DNA from: Octopus sinensis
Taxonomy: Eukaryota
DNA: 41,743 nucleotides
Assembly: GCF_006345805.1 (NCBI RefSeq)
Contig: NW_021826260.1
Span: 1 to 41,743, forward strand
Direction: 5' to 3'
The notes beneath the pieces were generated by a model. The model made no database searches. It was given only the letters and a program-made list of their open reading frames with translations, and was not told where the DNA came from. Position 1 is the first letter of the stretch; every line of letters begins with the position of its first letter. This document shows, piece after piece, positions 35,568 through 41,743 of the stretch. The position numbers and the translations under genes are program-made.

Positions 35568-36350
35568 GAATGAATGTGGATAACTGTGTGAAAAAGTGCC
35601 ACACCCTAGCAGTTGAGGGAACCCGTGGAAGAGGTAGACTCAAGAAGACTTGGGATGAGGTGGTGAAACCTGACCTTCAAACACTGGGCCTCACCAAGAC
35701 AATGACTAGTGACTGGGACCTCTGGAAATATGCTGTGTTTGAGAAAACCCGGCAAGCGCAAGTGAGACTATAACCTTGTGGCCTATACCAGGGGTGTAAC
35801 CAGTCCACTCATGCATGGCTTTCCTTCATTGGACACTAAACTCTGCCTGCGAAGATTTGTTGAGGTAAGTGAAATCGAAATCAAATTCAATGACTGGCAT
35901 CTGTACTAGTGGAGCGCTAAGAGTACCATACGAGCGTGATCATTGCCATAGCAACAAGCTGGCCTTCGTGCCGATGGCATGTAAAAAGCACCATTCGAGC
36001 GTGATCATTACCTGCGTCGCCTTACAGGCAGTTGTGCTGGTGGCACGTGAAAAAACATTCGAGCGAGGTCGTTGTCAGTGCTGCTGGACTGGCTCCTGTG
36101 CAGGTGGCACATAAAAAGCACCATTTGGGTGTGGCCATTGCCAGTACTGCCTGACTGGCCCTCGTGCCGGTGGCACGTAAAAGCACCCACAACACTCTTG
36201 GAGTGGTTGGCGTTAGGAAGGACATCCAGCTATAGAAACTCTGCCAGATCAAGATTGGAGCCTGGTGCAGCCATCTGGTTCGCCAGACCTCAGTCAAATC
36301 GTCCAACCCATGCTAGCATGGAAAGCGGACGTTAAACAATGATGATGATA
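35568..36350 (+). mobile_element. RTE-type LINE 3' fragment with repetitive 3' UTR
   Basis: VEGTRGRGRLKKTWDEVVKPDL is a typical RTE C-terminus. GTGCYGGTGGCACGTAAAA-type units are repeated, and the tail is (GAT)n. Confidence 0.75.
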
Positions 36351-36470
36351 CATGTATTTAATTTACACAATTACATTCACATACACATGCACGTGTGCGT
36401 GTGTATACACTAATTATGCACACTGACATGTAGAATTGTCAGCATGCATGTTTGTAATTAACAAAGTACA

Positions 36471-36514
<44 letters not shown>

Positions 36515-36542
36515 TATACACACACACACAAATATATGTATA

Positions 36543-36935
36543 CTAGCAGTATCGCCCGGCGTTGCTCGGGTTTGTAAGGGAAATAACTATACAGCATTTT
36601 TAGAGAGTTATAGCCAAAAAATAGCAAAAATATGCATTCAAAATGGAAAAATATGATGGTAAATTTTTTTTGAAATCGTTGAATCATCGTAGACATTTTT
36701 AGAGAGTTACTTCCCTTTAAAGAAATATGTATGAAAATGGAAAAAAATGATGGTAAATTATTTTTAAAATCGTAGACTCATCGTAGACGCGCGCTAATAC
36801 CCAGAAGGCTCGATATGAATCACGACTATAAGATACCCTCTTTTGGTTAAACTGCACCCGCAAAATGTGGAGTAAGTTAGGAATCTAAATCGAAGGGGAC
36901 AGACACTCACACAACTACAGTTTTATATATATAGA
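36543..36935 (-). mobile_element. Non-autonomous Helitron (family H1)
   Basis: CTAG at 36543-36546, hairpin CCCGGCGTTGCTCGGG, and the other end TATATAGA|T. Confidence 0.88.
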
Positions 36936-36943
36936 TATATTAT

Positions 36944-37320
36944 GGCTCTCCGTCACTTACGACGACGAGGGTTCCAGAGATGATCCGATCAACGGAACAA
37001 CCTGCTCGTGAAATTAACATGCAAGTGGCTGAGTACTCCACAGACACGTGTATCCTTAACGTAGTTCTAGGGGAGATTCAGCCTGACACAGAGTGTGACA
37101 AGGCCGGCCCTTTGAAATACAGGCACAACAGAAACAGGTAGAAAGAGAGAAAGTTGTGGTGAAAGAATACAGGAGGGTTCGCCACCAACCCCTGCTGGAA
37201 CCTCGTGAAGATTTAGGTGTTTTCACTCAATAAACACTCACAACGCCCGGTCTGGGAATTGAAATCCAATGCTATGACTGCAAGTCTGCTGCCCTAACCA
37301 CTGATCAATGCACCTCCACA
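36944..37320 (-). mobile_element. tRNA-derived SINE (family A)
   Basis: Reverse complement of 2494-2875. Confidence 0.8.
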
Positions 37321-37335
37321 TGTGTGTGTGTGTAG

Positions 37336-37387
<52 letters not shown>

Positions 37388-37411
37388 CTATATATATATA
37401 TTTATATATAC

Positions 37412-37446
<35 letters not shown>

Positions 37447-37525
37447 CATAATATATATATATATACATATATATAATATATATATAATATATATTATATA
37501 CACCTATATATATATTATATATAAC

Positions 37526-37562
<37 letters not shown>

Positions 37563-37668
37563 ATACATTATATATATATATATATATATAAAATATATAC
37601 ATTATATATATATATATATATATTATATATACATTATATATATATATTATATATATAATATATATACA

Positions 37669-37713
<45 letters not shown>

Positions 37714-37739
37714 TATATTATATATATATATACATTATA

Positions 37740-37814
<75 letters not shown>

Positions 37815-37851
37815 CATATATTATATATATTATACATATATATATATATAC

Positions 37852-37883
<32 letters not shown>

Positions 37884-37886
<3 letters not shown>

Positions 37887-38260
37887 TTGCGTCAGAAATT
37901 AATTAGCACTTCTCAAATTTCTATGTTAAATAGGTTTAAATCATTAACCTATGAGCTGTTCAAACGTCTTACGCGATGAGAAAACTTAGTATGGTGTGAT
38001 TTCGGTCCTTGCGAGGCGCTACCTATATCTATTAAACAAAGGAAGATTTGTCTGCATCCGCACTCCAAGTTGTTGTTGCACTGCTATGTCAACATCATAA
38101 GCTGTAGACTCTTAAACTGCTCTGCAAACAAAGTTACGTCATCGTTCTGCGCAACATGAACTCGCAACAAAGCAATAGTTCGAGATATGGCCACTAGGTG
38201 ACAGCACATACCTTGAGTGAAGAGCAAATCAAGGGTGCTAATTAATTTCTGACGGTAGTG
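37884..38260. mobile_element. Tc1/mariner-type MITE
   Basis: TIRs CACTTGCGTCAGAAATTAATTAGCAC / GTGCTAATTAATTTCTGACGGTAGTG, flanked by TA within a (TA)n field. Confidence 0.85.
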
Positions 38261-38290
38261 TATATATATATATATACATATATATATATA

Positions 38291-38369
<79 letters not shown>

Positions 38370-38471
38370 CATACATATATATATATATATATACATACAA
38401 TATATATTATATTATATATATATTATATATATATATATATATACATATATTATATATATATGTATATATAT

Positions 38472-38529
<58 letters not shown>

Positions 38530-38596
38530 TATATATATATATAATACATATATATATATATATATATATAATATATATATATATATTACATATATA

Positions 38597-38762
38597 CGAC
38601 GACGGCTTCTTCCAGTTTCCTTTACCAAATCCACTCACAAGGCTTTGGTCGGCCCGAGGCTATAGTAGAAGACACTTACCCTAGGTGCCACGCAGTAGGA
38701 TTGAACCTGGAACCATATGATTCGTAAGCAAGCTACTTACCACACAGCCACTCCTACGCCTA
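38597..38762 (-). mobile_element. CORE-type SINE (family B), 5' half
   Basis: Reverse complement of 30839-31000. Confidence 0.8.
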
Positions 38763-39031
38763 TTAAATATTTTTTTTTTAAATGCATTCCAAGAATCAGT
38801 TTCATGATTCCTGACCAGCTTCAGCCAAAGAATGATTCACTTATCCTTGTTAGTAGTTTATACAGGGAAATCATTAGGGGAGCTGGAGCGAGGAAGGATG
38901 TAGGGAAAAAGTTGCATTGAGATAAAGGAAACAGAAAAGATGAGAGCCAGATATTCTGCTTTAACTTCAAAAGATAAGGTTATTTTATTTTATTTTTAAT
39001 CTTTAGATCACTCTCAACAACAAATACATAA

Positions 39032-39936
39032 TCTCTATATATATATAAAACTGAGAATGTGTGTCTGTCTGTCTGTCTGTGTGCTTCCCTAAAACTTCAG
39101 AACTGCACAACCAATTTCATTCAAATTTTACATATGCCTTACTTAGGGTCCAGGGAGTGTCATCGGCAAGAAAAACTTTTAACTTTTTGCCTAGGGCGAG
39201 CCCACAGCAATATCATATCTTCTCCACTACGATTCCTTAAAACTTGAGAATTACACAACCAATTTCATTCAAACTTTACACATGCCTTATTTAGGGTCCA
39301 CAGCAATATCATATCTTCTCCACTACGATTCCCTAAAACTTGAGAAATACACAACCAATTTCATTCAAATTTTACACATGCTTTACTTAGGGTCCAGGTA
39401 GTTTCATGGGCAAAAAAAATGTTCAACTTATTGCCTAGAGTGAGCCCATAACAATATCACATCTTCTCCACTATTTCAGTATTACGTGTTAAAAGTGAAA
39501 CAAAAACATTTCTCTATTTTATGTCAGATGCTTTCACTTTAACTATAAAAATTAGAGATAATAATAACAATTGAATTATATGTAGTAAGTAATAATTAAA
39601 ATCAAACTAAATTATAATATTATCGTAACATAACAAAAGTAAAAATAGCAATTGGTATAAAATTGCATCAATGATTTGAACTTCAATAAGTGGTTTCACA
39701 TGAATGGGAATAAATTAAAAATAAAATTAGCATGCAGAAATGGAATAGTCCTACAATTCCAGTCTGTTATATATTTTCAGTATTGTTATCACTAGCGATA
39801 TCAAGATATATCTTTGCATTTTGTATTTTATGTGTAGATGTATATATATATATAGGTGTACATGTAATATATACACATATACACATATATACATGCATTA
39901 GCACTATGACCCGGCGAAGATGGGTCATAATGCTAG
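39032..39936 (+). mobile_element. Non-autonomous Helitron with internal tandem repeats
   Basis: A|TCTCTATATATATATAAAACTGAGAATG, then three related units (39087-39475), hairpin TATGACCC...GGGTCATA (39905-39929) and CTAG|T. A 5' stub of the same family sits at ~35530-35567. Confidence 0.8.
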
Positions 39937-40013
39937 TATATATATATATTGGTAAAAACGGTAAGATAACAAAAGAAAGAAAGAGACCTCAATATTATGT
40001 AAATAGAGGAATT

Positions 40014-40164
40014 TATCTGTAAATGTAATATGTGACAATTATTCAGTAGCCAAGAGTTCTGGATGCCGAGGTAGAAATCCACACCACCATCTCTTCAGTT
40101 ATTCGGATAACTCAGAGTTTTATCTTGGCTACCGAATAATTGTCATATATTTCATTTACAGATA
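40014..40164. repeat. Inverted repeat (~42-bp arms)
   Basis: TATCTGTAAATGTAATATGTGACAATTATTCAGTAGCCAAGA / TCTTGGCTACCGAATAATTGTCATATATTTCATTTACAGATA. Confidence 0.85.
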
Positions 40165-40227
40165 TATATATATAATATATATATATATTATACATATATA
40201 TTACTATATATATATATATATTATATA

Positions 40228-40271
<44 letters not shown>

Positions 40272-40274
<3 letters not shown>

Positions 40275-40558
40275 AACAATTAAGGATAACTTCTTAATAA
40301 GGAATCTTAACAGAAGAATTATCAGGTAGTTAGCGTGAAAAACCTCATAAGAGAAAAAAATTCGAAAATATTTTTTTTCTTTTGAAATATTAATTTATAT
40401 TGTATAGAGGGCATTATTACACACAAATGCCTCACACTAAGAGGGACATAAGTCATTACTACCAAAATTTCACTAATCGTACCTAATGCAGTTTTTTTGT
40501 AGTAATGACTTATGTCCCTCTTAGTGTGAGGCATTTATGTGTATAATGCCCTCTATAC

Positions 40559-40564
<6 letters not shown>
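40272..40564. mobile_element. Rearranged copy of the 4555-4942 element with fold-back (arms 40397-40462 / 40499-40564)
   Basis: 40272-40370 is the reverse complement of 4845-4942. 40403-40497 matches 4555-4648 and is followed by its own inversion. Confidence 0.8.
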
Positions 40565-40589
<25 letters not shown>

Positions 40590-40854
40590 CATTAATTTTT
40601 CTCTCTCTACATATATATATATATGTATGTATATATATGTGTGTTTGTGTGTTTATACATTCATATATGTGCATGTATATAGACATTCATACATATGCAT
40701 ACATATTTCTATATATATATAGGCGTGTGAGACTGTGTGAATGTATGTGTGTGTGGCATGTTCACATATCTTAGATTGATGAAATCTGGAAAATATGTTC
40801 TCTTCAAAACAAGAGTTTCATATTTGAGTTTTCATACACACACACACACACACA

Positions 40855-41132
40855 AGTTCACGTTTATACTTGTAATTATTGGGGCCCTGGAATATATAAT
40901 ACAGTGCCTAAATACCGACCTTCAGAAATTAGGCTTCTTAAAACCAGAAAGGAGAAAGCTAATTCGAAGACTACAGATCCAATCCATTACTGGAACTGTA
41001 AAAATCTGTAAAACTTTTCAGAAGTTTGTCATTTAAATATATATGAGCATGTCTAGATATGCAACCATATGCACGAGAATACATACATAAAACAAAATAT
41101 ACAAATCTGCACATATACATACATGCATACAT

Positions 41133-41167
<35 letters not shown>

Positions 41168-41610
41168 TACACACATACATACATACATACATACATACAT
41201 ACATACATACATAGGATACTCTATAATGAAATCCATCAGAAGGCTAGTCCCGAAGACAAAGAAATAAGAACCCACAGTGTGGTGGAATCCACAACCACTC
41301 ATAATAAAAAGGAATACTGATGGAATGTCCCAGTGAAGACGTCAATAAAATGTAAGCACACACACACACAATAATGATTTGGGACTGAGAAGAGAAACTG
41401 TGCACAGTTGTGGAAATTAGCTGCCCAGCGGATGTTAACATAAAGCTGAAGGTAAGTGAAAAAGAGAACACCTATGCTGAACTACTGAGAAATCTGCAGT
41501 TACTCTATCCAGATTACAAGTTGAGGTTTATACCTGTAATTATTATGGCCCTGGGATATGTAACACTCTGCCTAAATACCAATCTTGAGAAATTAGGCAT
41601 CTCAAAAAAT
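40855..41610 (+). mobile_element. Two fragments of an RLE-type non-LTR retrotransposon in (CATA)n
   Basis: 41215-41605 reads IMIWD*EEKLCTVVEISCPADVNIKLKVSEKENTYAELLRNL...FIPVIIMALGY, a PD-(D/E)xK-like endonuclease. 40855-41115 is the C-terminus plus 3' UTR. Confidence 0.75.
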
Positions 41611-41743
41611 ACATACATACACACACATACATGCATACATACATACATACATATATACATAATAAATATATACATACATACATACACACACATACATACA
41701 TACACACACATACATGCATACATACATACATACATACATACAT

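Noticed and set aside
40056-40103. Minus-strand hammerhead CTGAAGA-GATG...CATC
   Set aside because: The GAAA/stem III half is disrupted by the inversion, so it is at most a relic.

Overview
This is AT-rich, microsatellite-dense animal genomic DNA. It is most likely from an octopus or other coleoid cephalopod, inferred from the SINE types and the extreme (TA)n/(TATG)n load. The only host genes are two tandem paralogous effector caspases (caspase-3/7-like, uninterrupted CDS, QACRG) at 12472-13341 and 32908-33792. They show patchy homogenisation and carry different IAP-binding-motif-like N-termini. The rest is nested mobile DNA: a full-length frameshifted Helitron, five non-autonomous Helitrons, a near-full-length RTE LINE, RTE/CR1/RLE-type LINE fragments, a mariner remnant, MITEs, three SINE families and several fold-back palindromes. 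The most notable non-coding signal is a 359-bp tandem array (15956-16897). Each unit carries an identical minimal type I hammerhead ribozyme with a compensatory U3-A8 core and many internal helices, making it a candidate retrozyme or self-cleaving circular-RNA locus. At least seven other hammerhead-like motifs, of several sequence families, occur in the window, one about 85 nt downstream of the second caspase stop codon. All alignments and folds were done by eye, and most short ORFs in the track are microsatellite artefacts.
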